A stretch of DNA of 63,259 bases, filler included, from Octopus bimaculoides (lineage: Eukaryota), in assembly GCF_001194135.2 (NCBI RefSeq). It is 4 parts of 3 records of this genome, joined end to end, with 100 filler letters (N's around TTAATTAATTAA, not from the genome) between each part and the next. Parts side by side here need not be neighbours in the genome. Positions count along the whole stretch, not along the records: positions 21,332 to 52,175 come from NC_068987.1; 3 more parts are not named here. The stretch is one strand, 5' to 3'. A program made the position numbers and the translations under genes. Positions within the stretch are counted from its first letter, which is position 1. Every line of letters starts with the position of its first letter. Positions 25,294 to 39,564 of the stretch are shown here, piece after piece. The notes under the pieces are model-generated. The model worked only from the letters and a program-made list of their open reading frames with translations, was not told the DNA's origin and ran no database searches.

Positions 25294-27650
25294 TTCTAGT
25301 TATTGGCATTTAAATGTCGAGATTAATTCCATACAAATACCGGCCTAACTGACTTTACAATTGAGGGTCAGATTAGTAAACGTCCAGTAGGTTCAATCTT
25401 GTACCTGCTGCTTAAAGTATGTGTCTGAGTTCGTGCGTGCGTGTGAGTACGTACGTGTGTGTGTGTGTGACTGTGTGTATGTGTTTGTGTGCATGTGTGT
25501 GTGTGGGGGGGGAACGTTTGTCTGTGTGGTGCGTCTGTCTGTGAGTCTGTATAACACAGAGAAAGTGAGTGAGAGAGATAGAAAGAAAGAAAGAAAGAAA
25601 GAAGGAAGGAAAGAAAGAGGGATATCGTGCACGTAACGAAATCTATCTAAATGGTGAATTAAATATAGTGTAATTTATCTAAATGCATGCATGTTAATTT
25701 ATATTCGTGGCTGTATGCGTGGAAATCCATTTAATTGATTATGAAACAGTAGATCGAACAGTACAGAGAAATGGCAGTGTCTAAATAACAGACTTTCAAA
25801 ATTACAAGGGTGAATCAAAATGTTTCACCCGTATCTTACTTCAGTCTTAAACATTAAAGAGGCGGTGTAAATCATGGAACCGGTGTTCATCATGTGTTCC
25901 ACTGTTCATCAACATCAGCCTTCGTGAGATATCAACAAGGCAGCTATACCTGTAGAAAACATTTCAGAAATAGAAGCATGCAGGAAACCTAAGTAATGAT
26001 ATTCTCCAACAGCTGAAAAATCATATAATCAAGGCTCACGTATAGAAACCATGACGTTGTGCGTAAGATATAAGGGAGAAACTGTACAAAATGCGTAAAT
26101 GGATGATGAGTAAAGCAGCTCTTTCGATTATCTGATGCTATCCGTAAATTTGCTGCAAGAACTGTGCACTAGCAGTTGGGGAAACAGTATCAATAAAATA
26201 GGAGATGGAATGTGTAATAGACTTTATTGGGTACAACACATGTTTCGACCCGTTCTGGATTTCTTCTGGTACATCAATAAAATGTGTCCTACCTTGTGTC
26301 GCCTTGGGCAAGAGTTTTTAGGAGAACTTCAGGTCGACTAAAGTGGATTTGTCAGATTGCTAGGTTAAAAGTACAATGTGTGTGTATGTGTGTGTGTGTG
26401 TCTGTTTGTGTATGTGTGTGTGTGTGTGTGTGTGTGGGTCTGTGTCTGTATGTTTGTTTTTGTGTGTGCCTGTGGTTACATCCCCGTCACGAAGAGGTTT
26501 GGCAAAAGATTTCGATAGGAAAAGTATCAGGCTTTAAAAAAATTGACTAAAAAAAATTCTTGAAGGTGGTACCTCAGTATGACCGCAGTATAATGACTGA
26601 AACAAGTAAAAGATAAAAGATATATAACGAACCCTCACAATAAAAACAAAGTTTCAAATGAATAATGAAGCACTGTTGCAGCTTTCGAGCTTTAACATTC
26701 CGTTTGTTCGATAAACAAACAGAATGACAAACCTCATATGTTATACGTACATGCATACACACAAACGCATGCATGCACGCTCTCACACTGATGCATCTAC
26801 AAATATGTGTCTGTGCATTTGCGAGTCAACAGCAAGACATGTGATTCCACTTCAGCTCGAAGTATTTTATTATTCAGAGGATTAATAGACACACATGCAC
26901 GCATAAATTCACATCCTTTTCTCACAGAAAAGAGCTTAAATATTACAATAGTTGCGCATACACATACCTAGCTAACATACGCTTCATTTAGAAACACTAG
27001 CAGATATCTATTCATATATAAAATATGTTTATCTGTTTAAGCTGAACGCGTATTTTAGAGTCATCTGAAATAAGTAGATTGCAGAACTTAGCAAATAAAT
27101 ATTATTGAAGGAAGCCAAATATAAATTTATGTTGGAAACTGTTATGTTAGTTTCTTTTCAAATTAAATACCACAGTAGGAAACCTTATATATATTGGTAA
27201 ATATTCTAAAATGATGGTGTAATTAAGTTATTGCAACTCTTCTAATCATGATGCTAATTAATGACATATTTAGCTTCTTCTACCGAGTAAATAATGACTG
27301 TACAAACATAGGAACTTACGACCGTACGTATTTATGAGTGTATGTAAATACATATACATGTATGTATGTATATGTGAATATAGGTATATATATATATATG
27401 TATGTGTGTGCGTGTGTGTGTATATACTCATATATGTGTATATAGAGACACATAGATGCGGAATATATATTACATACTGTTCTTAAAGGGAAATGAGAAA
27501 TAAAAAAATATATATAACTTAATTCTAAGATTATCTAAATTTAATAAACAAACTGACTCGTTTGCAAACATTCATTTCGATAGCGTATATGTCATTAGTA
27601 TTATAGCTTGCAGGCCTTTGTTTTCTAACACAGGTTCATGAAGTGCGCAC

Positions 27651-27699
<49 letters not shown>

Positions 27700-28149
27700 A
27701 ACCCACACACACACACACACGCACACACACACACACTCCTCCACATACAAATGTGCATCCATCTAACAATACATATATATCTGTGTGGGATAACATACAT
27801 GCTTTCACACGTTTGCAAGTCCAAATACAAGCGTAAAAAAATAAATATAAACATACATACATGCATATATACACATACACTCACACACACACGCACACAC
27901 ACACACGCACACTTGTATATATGTATGTATATATGTGTGTGTGTATGTATATGCGTGTGTGAGTGTGCGCGCTTATGTGTGTGTGTGTGTGTGTATGTGT
28001 GTGTCTGTCTGTCTGTCTGTTTGTGTGTGTGTGTGTAAAGCACTTGCTTTAGCTAAGGGCTTCCCTAACTAACAATAGAGACATTGACGTAATTATGCTT
28101 GCCTGAGAAATGTTGTTGTTTAATAATGTTCGACCTGGATCAAGCAAAC

Positions 28150-28640
28150 TGACCCAGTGGGCTCTCGATGTAGCGATGAGAGCCTAAGTCAGCGCGGACA
28201 TATACGGCCTTATAGGGCTACATATTTTAAACACCTTAAATAAACGGTTCCCATCAATTTTCTTTGGTCTCTAGAGGGGTGATTCTCAGGCCATCACTAG
28301 AGGAGCTAACAGATAGTGATAGGAAGTACGTTATTAGCGACCTTAGCTACATGGGGGTTTAAAATAACAATTGAGATAAACATCACCATTGTAAACTGTT
28401 AAGATCTTACGTTAAACCTGAGCTCCTGTTGTTACAGACCTTACCTCAAATCAAATGACACAACCTCCTACCACCTGCCTATCGTTTTCAGGAACCTAGT
28501 GAAGGGTGTTAGCAAGAGAAGCTAGAACCTGAACTCAAGGTAAGACATTTTCGACGCGGTGGCATCTTACTACAACAAGGATCTGGTGCCTAGTGGTTAC
28601 AAGGACCGCATCTCCTATATTCCGGGACCTGGAACTCACA
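28150..28640 (+). mobile_element. Penelope-like RT fragment, lineage distinct from the 30-kb copy, heavily decayed
   Basis: Across stops: DVAMRA*VSADIYGLIGLHILNTLNKRFP..FGL*R / KITIEINITIVNC*DLTLNL..YRPYLKSND / KGVSKRS*NLNS..IFDAVASYYNKDL..SGYKDRISY. This follows the recalled PLE pattern [22 protein letters not shown]...GLYRDDG...LKITIE.N...VNFLDVTLNL. Confidence 0.75.
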
Positions 28641-29081
28641 ATAGGAAGCTCCACTGTAATGTCGTTAGGTTTGTCTCACACTTCTTTCTCATTTTTATAA
28701 TCTACGTGTGAAGAATATTCCTTTGATTGGTAGGCAAATACTTCAGATAGTCACACAGACGGGGATGTGTGTTTAATGGACACAACTTCAGAGTATCCTT
28801 TAGGAAACTTTTTGTGAGCACCCTTATCCCGCTGGCAGTGGCAGGGTGTTCATATAGGGCATACAGTGACTGCCAAGTGTGTGGTGGGGATGGTGAGACA
28901 CTGATGGGAGCGTGTACGAGGCTGAGGTAGTAGCAGCCACTGGCATCCAGAGTAACAGCCTAAACAACGACTGCACATACACCGACTATAACGACAACAA
29001 TGACTGCAGCGACTGTGTATATGTGTGTGTGGGTTTGCATGTGCTTGTACGTGCGTTTGTGTGTGCATGCGTGTGTGTGTA

Positions 29082-29270
29082 TACGAGGGGGATCTGAAAA
29101 TGTTCCTAGCTTTGGATAAAAGTTGATACAAGGGGATCAATTAATTATGATTTCCCCCTCTAAGATTCACATACTTGTTGCAGCTGAGCTTCAGTCTTTC
29201 TAAGCCCTGTAAAAGAATTCGGAATCTTGGGCCTCCAACCAGGCCTTTCGCGAAATCCTTAAAAGCAGGC
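29082..29270 (-). mobile_element. mariner 3'-end remnant
   Basis: Begins TAcgagggggatctgaaaatg (TIR-like) and is a diverged copy of 36038-36220, whose minus frame gives a mariner C-terminus. Confidence 0.7.
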
Positions 29271-29809
29271 GCCCCCTTGTATTTGTACGTTAAATTTAAT
29301 ACCAGGTAACCAGCACATTAAAAGAATCAGGAGATTCAGAAAAAAATTGTGAGATCTCAAAAGGATTATTGTATATGTATATATAAAAGAGACCACTAAG
29401 TGGACTGCTAATGTGCTAGAAGAAGATCACCGAATAGTTCTCAAAGAAAAAATCTAGCGAAGCAAAACATACGGGCGAGACTAGTGAAACATTACAGAAA
29501 TAAATACAAAGATTATCCGTAGACTAGGTTACGAAATCAATATTTCCTTACCGAAAATCTGTTTGTCTTCAGTACGGACTGCCAAAGAAATATAATTCCT
29601 AGAATCATGTACTGGTCGTTCCCAACGAGTGAAGAACGTGCACATGGTTCTATTAATTATATAGGGTAAGATTCAAAAGTCTTTGTTTTGGCGCGCTAAT
29701 TCCGGAAATATCTCTGCAGAAAATAATTTCCGCATCCAATTTACCAACTTTGGGAACGTGGTTATGGTTAATTAAAATAGTAGGGCAAAAAAATGGATAT
29801 TAATTAATA

Positions 29810-32420
29810 TAAATTTAATACCAGGTATTGTTCACCCTGTTTGCTTTGTCACAAGGTCTTTGTATCCTATTCTTGTTTTGTTTCTACATCTAGGGCAGGT
29901 ACCACTGGTATCATTACATATAATGTTATCTAATTTCTTCCTAGCATCCCTGTATACTCGAACCCTGTCTTTCTGATCATATCCAGAGAATTGCATGTGG
30001 TATATGATGTTCTGTACATGTTTTTCGTTTCATAGGGTTTGCATATTGGGAATACGTTGTTCATTGTCCTAACTAAGTCTACTATCAGTATGTGAATTTT
30101 CATGTGTGACAAAACTGAGTTCTTGTGAGCAACATATTTCGAAGCTATGGGTTTCATGCAATAGGAATGGAGGAGCTGCACTCTATTGTTCACAGTCTCT
30201 AACCAAAGCTCAGTATCAAGGACAGGGAATCTATTGTTGGGGTGCCTAGTGGGGTAATCTATAGTTACCATGATAATTTGGCTGATGGAGTTAACTACTT
30301 GCTGGATGCTCACTATTACGTTCCTCTCAGTTTCTACATTACCGTTACTAGAGTTGGTCTGAACTATGATATTAATGTCATCTACATATCTACTATAAAG
30401 TAGAAGAGTTGTGGACTGTTCTGCTAGGGATTGCTTAATTTTTCAGTCCCACCAGGTCATGAAGAGGCCGGTCCCATCTTCAGCTACACTGACACTAATG
30501 GCTACACCTTAAACATGCATGCATAGTTTTTTTGCTAAACTTTACTATGTGGTTCTTCAAGATGGTTCTTACACTGGCCCCTATTGCATGTACAGTCATT
30601 TCCTTCACCTGATTGTAGTTCTCAGGGTCTTGGATGGGTACGGTCTAGCCACTCCAGTACTCTGTAGTGCATTACTTCACTGCTGAGGTGATGGTAGGTG
30701 GTCTTCCTCTCTGTGATCTGGTGGGGCAGAATCTACTGAGCTCATAATCGTCTAAACAGTCACTGTCGTAGCTCAGACTAAGGAGGAGGCCCAGTTCCCT
30801 CGTGTTGACCTCACGGAACTCTACTTCACTCTCACAGATTACCTCAATGCATTGCCCCACAACAAAATCTATATCTATAGATGGGTAGAGTGAAATCACA
30901 TCCATACTACCCACTACACAATCTGTGAAGTCGTTGAAGTGGTTGCAAGTACTGATTTTACTGAGGAGATCTTCCGTGCTCGTACAGACATCTGGAGACA
31001 TATCTATGAGAGGTCGTAACACTTGCGAGAGGAAGTAGTACAGTCTATAGTTGCTGGAAATATTCGCTCCGCAAACTAGTTTGGTTGGGGGCTTCATGAC
31101 AGGGTTTATGTAGAGTTTATGGTCATTGCGTAACCCGTATAGTGTAGGAACATCATTGTTGGATGCTTGGAAATTGTGTGCAGTCCTTTCCATAGGTTGG
31201 GGTATGTTGCACTACATTCTCATGTGTGCATTGAGGAGATTTTCCACTCTTTCATGTTCCTGTGGTGCAGCTTCTCTCATGCTACTGATGTGTTGGTGCA
31301 TGGTCTGGACATAGTTCTGTAGGCTGTCTATTGACAGTCTGCCAAACTTGTCCGTAGGAAGGCACACTAATTCCCTGTTCCTAATTCGCTGTTTCAGTTT
31401 TTGTAGACCTTTGGCAACAGATGAACTGAGTTGGTGGGACCCCTCCTCAATATGATTTTTAGTGGATTTGTTGTACCGGTCTAAGATGCGTCGGAGTCTA
31501 TTTCTAGGCTAAAGAGATCTTTGCTTGTTTCACTGTCAATTTTGGTTTCGTTTGTTTGTGTAGTTGTTGTATTGTCCTAACTTCCTTCATAATTTTAAGA
31601 ACAATTTTTTTCAATTTTAGACAGTCAATCAATTTTTCTGACCTTTTTATATGTAGCGAATTTTGGTGGTAACTCTAAAGCAAGCATTTCATCTGTATCT
31701 GATTGTATTGCACCGTATATTCCAGAGGTGCAATTGTTGTTGGCGGTGGAGGTATTATTTTCCGGAGTCCGGGCGTCGAAGTCATCTGGTAGTTTACATT
31801 CTGACATGACAATACCGTAGATATTGTTTGGGTATTTGTATTGATTTTTACCATGCTAGGATCGTTGTTGTTGCTGTTTCATCCACTTGCGTTTATTGTT
31901 GAAGTGTCTGTTACAGGCATGGATAACTCGACGGTATTCTTGTTGGATGTTTGTCATGAATCTGTTTCTTTCGTGTAGTGTAGTGGTGTTTTATAGTTCA
32001 TGCAATAGGACTCTCACTCTCTCTCGTTTCTGGTACTGGTTGTTTTCTGTGTATATTTTATTTTTGATGTTTCGTAACATCGTGTGTTTTAGTTCTTGAT
32101 ATTCTCTGAGTCTTAGCTGCTTCACAGCCAAATTGACAAATTTCGTGTATAGTTTGGAGGAGATGCATGTTTTAATGAAGTGGAACTGTCGGGTAGCCAT
32201 CCCGATTTTTAGACAGCAGAACACGGTGTTTCTCAGCGTCTTGCTAGCTTGGCCAACGCCTATTTTATTTCGTTTTTGTATTTGGTTTGCAAGATTCTTT
32301 ATGTGGGTCCGTGTGTTGAAGCATACTCTGTTGTGTCTGGGGGAGTCATTCTCTTTTATAGCCTTATAATTTAACACACTCACCGGTAAAATTTTCAATC
32401 ATTTCCTTTATTTTTCTAAA
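29810..32420 (-). mobile_element. Penelope-like retroelement, N-terminus through RT and thumb, decayed, endonuclease end missing
   Basis: N-terminal ORF 31991-32398; LELPPKFA (31625-31807); PTLYGLRNDHK...KLVCGANISSN...GSMDVISLYPSID (30672-31193); LYSRYVDDINII (about 30370-30410); DYPTRHPNNRFPVLDTELW...HSYCMKPIASKY (29930-30313); MQFSGYDQKDR...NNTWY near 29815. Confidence 0.9.
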
Positions 32421-32728
32421 GTTTTCGTTGCATCTTACAACCTTTTCAGTAGTTTGACTCTGTCCGTTATCCACACTGCGTTCTTTTTGTTTGTTTGTGC
32501 GCATGTGTGTGGGTCAGTGTGTGTGTGCATACACATGTATGTATGTATACATGCATGTGTGAGTATGCATGTATGTCTGTGCATATGTATATATGTATGT
32601 GTGTACGTTTGTGTGTATGTATTCTGCATATTCACGTGTTTGCTTGTCCGTGTTTGTGTGTTTTTATGTATGTGTGTGTGTGTTTGCATATTTGTTTGTG
32701 TACGTGTACCTCTGTCCCCTTGTGTGTG

Positions 32729-32864
<136 letters not shown>

Positions 32865-32884
32865 TTGAAACTATGTCCTGTGTT

Positions 32885-33300
32885 TGTATGCTTGTATGTT
32901 CTGCTAAGGATTGCTTAAGCTTTCTGTCCCACCAGGTCATGAAGAGACCGGACCCATCTCCAGCTACACCAACACCAATGGCAGCACCTGGAACCTGCAT
33001 GTATTGTTTTCTGTTAAAATTTACTATGTCGTTCTTCAAGGTGGTTGTTACACATGGACCCTATTGCATGTGCAAATTCAACCGACAAATATCGAGGAGT
33101 GATGTTTGTAGAATCCACAACCCATAGAGAACTAGCCTGTAAATTTAGGAAAGCTCTGAAGGAGACCAAACTCAACATTAAGATTTTTGAAAAGCCAGGG
33201 AACTCTGTTAGTTCACATAGATGTCTGAATTGACTCTAAGGCCCTGTTCGGAGATGTGGGGTAGCCTGACGACACCCTCATTGGAGACACAAACAAAAAC
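32885..33300. mobile_element. Second copy of the same Penelope-like family with internal inversion
   Basis: 32900-33070 is a direct repeat of 30420-30600 (minus: KQYMQVPGAAIGVGVAGDGSGLFMTWWDRKLKQSL, RT motif 4). It is joined back-to-back to a plus-strand piece, KYRGVMFVESTTHRELACKFRKALKETKLNIKIFEKPGNSV (post-RT linker). Confidence 0.75.
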
Positions 33301-34389
33301 CATCACATTTTGATGTAACTTGGTTTTCATGAGAAGCGTGATATCACATTGTTAGTAGGCAAGCCAAATATTGTTCTGGATGTTGAGCCACTTGCCCTGG
33401 TAGAAGTTATTTTCGTATGTATATATGTATATACATACATACAAACACAGATCTGTATGTATGTTAGTATTGTTGTATTTTTGTACGTATGTATATATGT
33501 GCGTGTGTGTCAGAATATGAAATAGATTGAAAATAATTTCAGTTTACCTTTTTCATCACTTCAGTTATATAAAACTATTTGAATATTCTGGGAATAAATT
33601 ATATTATACTATAATTTATCTAATTCGGAAATGATGTTTGATTTTCATATAACTTTCTCCTTCGAATGGTGCTATTTCTAAGCATTTTAGAGAAGGTCAT
33701 TAGCTTTCGAGTTGATGTCAGTGACATCAATCAAGCAGCTACGAAGAAAAGCTAGTTGTCGGATAGAAACTAAAATCACAATGAATATCTGAAAAAAGGA
33801 AATGGCAATTTTCAAAACCACTTTAAAATCTACAGAATATTTATAGGCAAACTGGTAATTTACATTATTCAGAGTGAGAATGATTTACTTTATATGATAG
33901 AAAATACTGCTCATAGAAAAATATGTCACGAAAATCTTTATTTTTAAGTAAATTGGAAAGCGTTGCTGTTTATTTATCTTGAAACAATGTCACTCTCTCT
34001 CTCTCTCATCGAATGCACTGCAAAAAATGTTCTCACAAATAACGAGTGTATAAATACCTGAATCTGGGGTAAAAGAGAGACGATTCTTGAAAAGAAACTG
34101 TAACACGGATAGCTATAATGGAAAGCTAAACTCTCATTTTTTTCTCTTGATTTACATTAATAATTTCTTATGAAAAGATATTTAAACTCACTTATATACT
34201 AGGCGCTGTTGAAATCTTGTATTTGAAAGCTAATTATTTATAGTCTGCATTCAAAAATGTAATGTTTTGTATGCCGATTGGATATAACATTGTAGTTAAA
34301 ATGTTATATAATTTTTAGTTGTATCACGTACAGTTTCGATGATATGTACGTGTGTGCTTGTGTTGAGTGTGTATCTATGTATATATTTA

Positions 34390-34620
34390 TATCTGTGTGT
34401 GTCTTTGTGTCGGTATTTGCTCCACCACCGCTTGACAACCATAACTAGTGTGTCTACGTCCCCGTAACTTGGTGGTTTCGCAAAAAATACCGACAGAATG
34501 AGTACCAGGCTTTAAAAAGAATAAGCACTGGAGTCGATACATTCAGCTAAAAATTCATCAAGGCGGTGCCCCAGCAGGTCCGGAGCCTAATGACTTAAAC
34601 ATGTAAAAGAAAAGATAACA
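34390..34620 (+). mobile_element. SINE 3' half (same family as 35011-35495)
   Basis: Contains cgcttgacaacc...tacgtccccgtaactt...gacagaatgagtaccaggctt...aaggcggtgccccagca...atgacttaaacatgtaaaag, matching 35300-35490 and the reverse complement of 53295-53440 and 56870-57060. Confidence 0.8.
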
Positions 34621-35010
34621 GATATATAAATATATATATANNNNNNNNNNNNNNNNNNNNNNNNNNNNNNNNNNNNNNNNNNNNNNNNNNNNNNNNNNNN
34701 NNNNNNNNNNNNNNNNNNNNNNNNNNNNNNNNNNNNNNNNNNNNNNNNNNNNNNNNNNNNNNNNNNNNNNNNNNNNNNNNNNNNNNNNNNNNNNNNNNNN
34801 NNNNNNNNNNNNNNNNNNNNNNNNNNNNNNNNNNNNNNNNNNNNNNNNNNNNNNNNNNNNNNNNNNNNNNNNNNNNNNNNNNNNNNNNNNNNNNNNNNNN
34901 NNNNNNNNNNNNNNNNNNNNNNNNNNNNNNNNNNNNNNNNNNNNNNNNNNNNNNNNNNNNNNNNNNNNNNNNNNNNNNNTATATATATATATATATATAT
35001 ATATATCTGT

Positions 35011-35495
35011 AGGCGCAGGCATGGCTGTGCGGTAAGAAGCTTGGTTCTCAGCCACATGATTCCGGGTTCAGACCACTGTGTGGCACCTTGGGCAAGTGTC
35101 TTTCACTATAGCCTCAAGCCGACCAGAGCCTTGAGAGTGGATTTGGTAGACGGAAATTGAAAGAAATCGGTCGAAACCCTAGGGATATACGCGGGGCAGC
35201 TGATGATGGAGATACGTTGGATTGTTGGTGTGGCTGTTATTATATGCGCGGAATAGTTTTATAACACATCCATTTGATGTATATGTATATATTTGAATGT
35301 CTGTGTTTGTATCCTCACCAACGTTTGACAACCGATTTTTGGTGTTTTTACGTCCTAAGCTAGCGGTTCGGCAAATGTTATCGATAGAATAAGTACTTGG
35401 CTTACAAAAACTATGTCCTGGGGTCGATTTGTTCGACTAAAGGTGATGATCCAGCATGGCCGCAGTCAAATGGCTGAAATAAGTAAAACAAAAAA
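35011..35495 (+). mobile_element. tRNA-derived bipartite SINE (head, internal microsatellite-like spacer, tail)
   Basis: Head ggcgcaggcatggctgtgcggtaagaagc (A box)...ccgggttcagaccac (B-box-like)...caccttgggcaagtgtc (CORE-like motif); tail ends ccagcatggccgcagtcaaatggctgaaataagtaaaac. Multiple copies occur in the window. Confidence 0.85.
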
Positions 35496-36037
35496 ATAAT
35501 ATGTGGATGTGTGTATGTATGTATGTATGTATGTATGTATGTATGTGCATGTAAATATATTCGTGTCTGTTTGCATATATAGTGTTGTATAGAAGTACGT
35601 TGGAAGGAACCTCATATAACCACAAATTTGGATTCAGTAGAAATTACCATACTGCATTCCTATACCCAGCACTGTTAGGCAAAGACCATCAAGTCTCTGT
35701 ATAGGCTAGCATTCGAACCACATTATCGTAATAATAAGCACAAAAATATGCAATCATGGTTGCTTGTATATGTTTAGAAAAACGTTGTATTCACCAGCCA
35801 CCCGACGCCACGTGCTTATTTTCTCCTCTTTATGTCAACTTCCAGTTTCACACACTGTCACTTTTTATTCTTATATACTAATAATGTCATTACTTACAAT
35901 AAATATATATTAGAGCAAGCATCTCACGAGAACATTTTTGCTGAGAATGCTGAGGAAATGCCTGTATGATGTTAGGCAATCTATCCAATAGTATTGCGTA
36001 AAAATAGCAAGCGATTTACTTGAACACGGGTGTGTTA

Positions 36038-36220
36038 TATGAGGGGGAGTTGAAAATTTCCTGTCTTTAGGTAAAATAAAATGCTGAAGGATCAGTCAAT
36101 TATGATTTTAATCAACATATTCCCCTCTCAGATTCACACACTTATTGCAGCGATGCTTCAGTTTTTCTAAGCCCTGTAAAAGAACTTATTTTGGCTCTAC
36201 CCAGGCCTTTCGCACCCCCT
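36038..36220 (-). mobile_element. mariner 3'-end remnant
   Basis: Minus frame QGLEKLKHRCNKCVNLRGEYVD*; TIR-like TAtgagggggagttgaaaatt; paralogous to 29082-29270. Confidence 0.8.
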
Positions 36221-36899
36221 TGTAATAGAATTAAAATTACGTTTATTTCATATATGTGCGTGTGGGGGGTGAGAGAAAGAAAGAAGAGAGAGAGAGAGCG
36301 TGTGTATGTAACATATGTATAGAGTAATAATATATTCCGACGCTTTATTTCCCTTCAATCTCAAGTGTTGCTAAATTTGATCATGCTACGTATAAGTGTT
36401 TNNNNNNNNNNNNNNNNNNNNNNNNNNNNNNNNNNNNNNNNNNNNNNNNNNNNNNNNNNNNNNNNNNNNNNNNNNNNNNNNNNNNNNNNNNNNNNNNNNN
36501 NNNNNNNNNNNNNNNNNNNNNNNNNNNNNNNNNNNNNNNNNNNNNNNNNNNNNNNNNNNNNNNNNNNNNNNNNNNNNNNNNNNNNNNNNNNNNNNNNNNN
36601 NNNNNNNNNNNNNNNNNNNNNNNNNNNNNNNNNNNNNNNNNNNNNNNNNNNATATATATATATATATATATACATACGTACAATAAATGAAACACATATA
36701 CATTTATACGCATTTATACAAATACATAGTTATAGTTATATATGTTGTGTGCGTGTGTGTGTGTGCGTAACGGCCTCTTCGTTTATATTTATGTAAACAT
36801 GAATTTATTTCAAGAACACCAACAAAATAATGTTTTTTTCTTCTACAAGGCAATTTTAGATGTAATCAAAGATTTTAAACTGCGTCTTTTATTTTGTTT

Positions 36900-37720
36900 T
36901 CTTTTTTAACAACCTGTTTACTTTCAACATTTCTCCGCAACCGCAGAAAAACTTCATCAGAGCTCGCTGCAGATTATAATGAAGCTTGCACACCAAAAAT
37001 ATCACCAAGAACAGCAAGAAGACTTCAAGAAAACATTCAGAAAGGTTGGAAAACGCGGAAGAAACCCTTGATTTCTGCAGTCAACAAAACAGCGCCTCCA
37101 GTGGGCTAAATATCATCAAAACTGGACTCCGACACAGTGGTCAAATGTCATCTAATCACATGAAAGCAATTATCAAGTTTATGAATTGAGCTATACTCTT
37201 GTTCTTTTAGATACATAAAATAATTTCATTTCAAATCCTGAGTTGCAATGGATGATGCATTAAAGGCCATGTTTAAACCATTGTTTTTAGATTTTCAATA
37301 CACCTGGGCCAACTTATGTGAGGAGAAGTATCGGATAGGTATAGTCTATGTGAGAAGTGTTGCGCGGTGCCAACAGTGGAGCACAGTGGTGGTTCCATCA
37401 TGTCTTCAGCTGGGACAGGAAAAATGTTTCTGTGAAGAATGAATTTCACGACCTACGCTGCAATGCTGGATCAAGTTTTGGAAGCCTCCATTCGGCAATT
37501 ATTTCCAAATACATATAGAACTGAAGCAGCATGGGATAACATGACACCAGGAGAGTGTCACAACTTAGTGGCATCCATGCCAAGATGAATTATGGCAGTC
37601 ATTAAAGCTACTAAGTATTAAATTACTTAAGAATAAATTATATTTGCATTGATATACTTTTGTTGTCCTACTTTAGCAATATGCTCTTAAAGTAATTTGT
37701 TTTGATGGATGCACTATACT
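36900..37720 (+). mobile_element. Tc1-family element, internally deleted and decayed
   Basis: ISPRTARRLQE...TRKKPLISAVNK/RLQWAKYHQNWTPTQWSNVI*SHES (Tc3-type HTH into the catalytic start) and AAWDNMTPGECHNLVASMPR*IMAVIKATKY* C-terminus. TIR-like ttttgatggatgcactaTA near 37700. Confidence 0.8.
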
Positions 37721-39434
37721 TCTAGCCAGGGTTGTACTGTACATGTGAAGAGTAGTAATATCCACTGTAAGTAATTGTAGCTGTAGCAAGAAAACTAGCC
37801 ATGTCGACGCACAGTATTTGAGGAGGAATATACTATTATAGACACGCATGCTGCACTACCTTCAATACAATAATTAGATAATCAGCTAGCTTCTTTCAAG
37901 GATAGTGAGAATGCATATTGCAAGTTTAAGTGGAATTATTTGGTTCCTAAAGGATAGATACACTGTGATATAAAATGGGAAATAATAGGCGAGGCAGAGC
38001 TTTAGGTAATCAGAAGTAAGACATTCTATTTGAATGATATATGCCACATTTTCACGTCTAAATATCAATTATTAAATGATAAACGGAAAGTAGCCCTGAA
38101 ACGTGGTAGAATTCACATAGATAATATTAGTGCAGTGTCTCGTTTGCTTATATTCTAGAAATAATTCATACTGACACTCAAATTGTCCTTGATATATTTT
38201 ATTTACACTTTTTTTTTAGCTTCAGTTACATATCTCCAAAAGTTACATATCTTCTATGCGAGTCATATATTGAATTGTACGGTACTTTTCAATATTTTCC
38301 GTGTGTAACAAACATATCACATATGGAATAATTTAGTCTATATCTCAGACCATGTTATGTACATTCAGATATAGAGTTGATTTATATACTTAAAAATTCT
38401 AATTTCACTACACTTGGAAGTATTCTACCATTTTGTGTGCAATACCATTATACGAAAATACTGCATATCTTATACGTAGATACTGCATATCTTATATTTC
38501 TAAATTATATTTCACTTAGTGACCCTTAATTATATACACCTATAACTGAAATTTATTCCTATTTACTTCACTGTGGAGGAAATATTTTCACCTAGTTTGA
38601 GACTGAGCATTCTTGGTTCGAATTTCAAACTTCAGGGTCATCTACGCTGAATCTGATTTATAGCAATGTCAGATTTGTGACTATTCCTCTCTTAAGCACT
38701 TAACGCTAATGTTTCACTGCTAAAATGTAAAGCTGTCTAAACCTTTCTACCACATTTCGCTTCAAATTATAATAGTGGCAACACCTTGAATAAAGCTGCA
38801 TAGACTCGTTCTCAACCAGAGGAAGAAACTGGATGCAAATCTAACCCACATTGCAATATATTCATACAGCAGAAACATATGTTGGACAGAGATTTAAATC
38901 AAAGAAATTACTGTGACAATAAAAACTGTGTAGATTCTCCTTATTTATTGGAATTTTCTTGAATATACATTATGTAAACTATTTATAATCCAAGAAGCCG
39001 GGATTTACCCTTCGGATAAAATACATTGGAATTATTAACCTCGAATAGTCCTAAATTATTCTTTACCATTCGAAGCGGTTAGCCTTAATTTGGATTATAC
39101 TAGAGTGCTTGAACGCTATCTGCCTGGGTATACTATCCTTATCTGATCACTGTTTGTGTATGTTTGTGTGTATGTGTGCGTGTGTGGAACTCAACACAGA
39201 GACAATTAAGTAAACAAAGAAAGGTTGTTTATAAGATTCTTAGGTACACATTTCTTATGTAATTTCCATTAGCATAGTGCGATTATCGGTTGCATAATGC
39301 GAACTTAAAAATTGCGTCATCCAAACATGCTGCATTATCGTCAGTGAATTGTACTTATTAAACCTACGTTAGTTGGAGAGATCATGAAGCTGTCGTAATA
39401 GCCATCGGAGAGACGTGAAATCTCTCTCTCGCTC

Positions 39435-39470
<36 letters not shown>

Positions 39471-39523
39471 CCTCTCACTCTTTCTTTCTCAATCTGTGCG
39501 TGTTTGTGTGCGTGTGCGTCTGT

Positions 39524-39564
<41 letters not shown>

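Noticed and set aside
25838-25950. Good-looking minus-strand acceptor (ttttctacag) and donor (gtaaga) pair
   Set aside because: All three frames contain stops; it is adjacent to a mariner-like TIR fragment.
26225-26290. Minus-strand cagaaga-atcc/gggt-cgaaacatgt resembling a Penelope hammerhead
   Set aside because: The core, cleavage site and stem I register are all imperfect and no adjacent PLE ORF was found; at most a relic.
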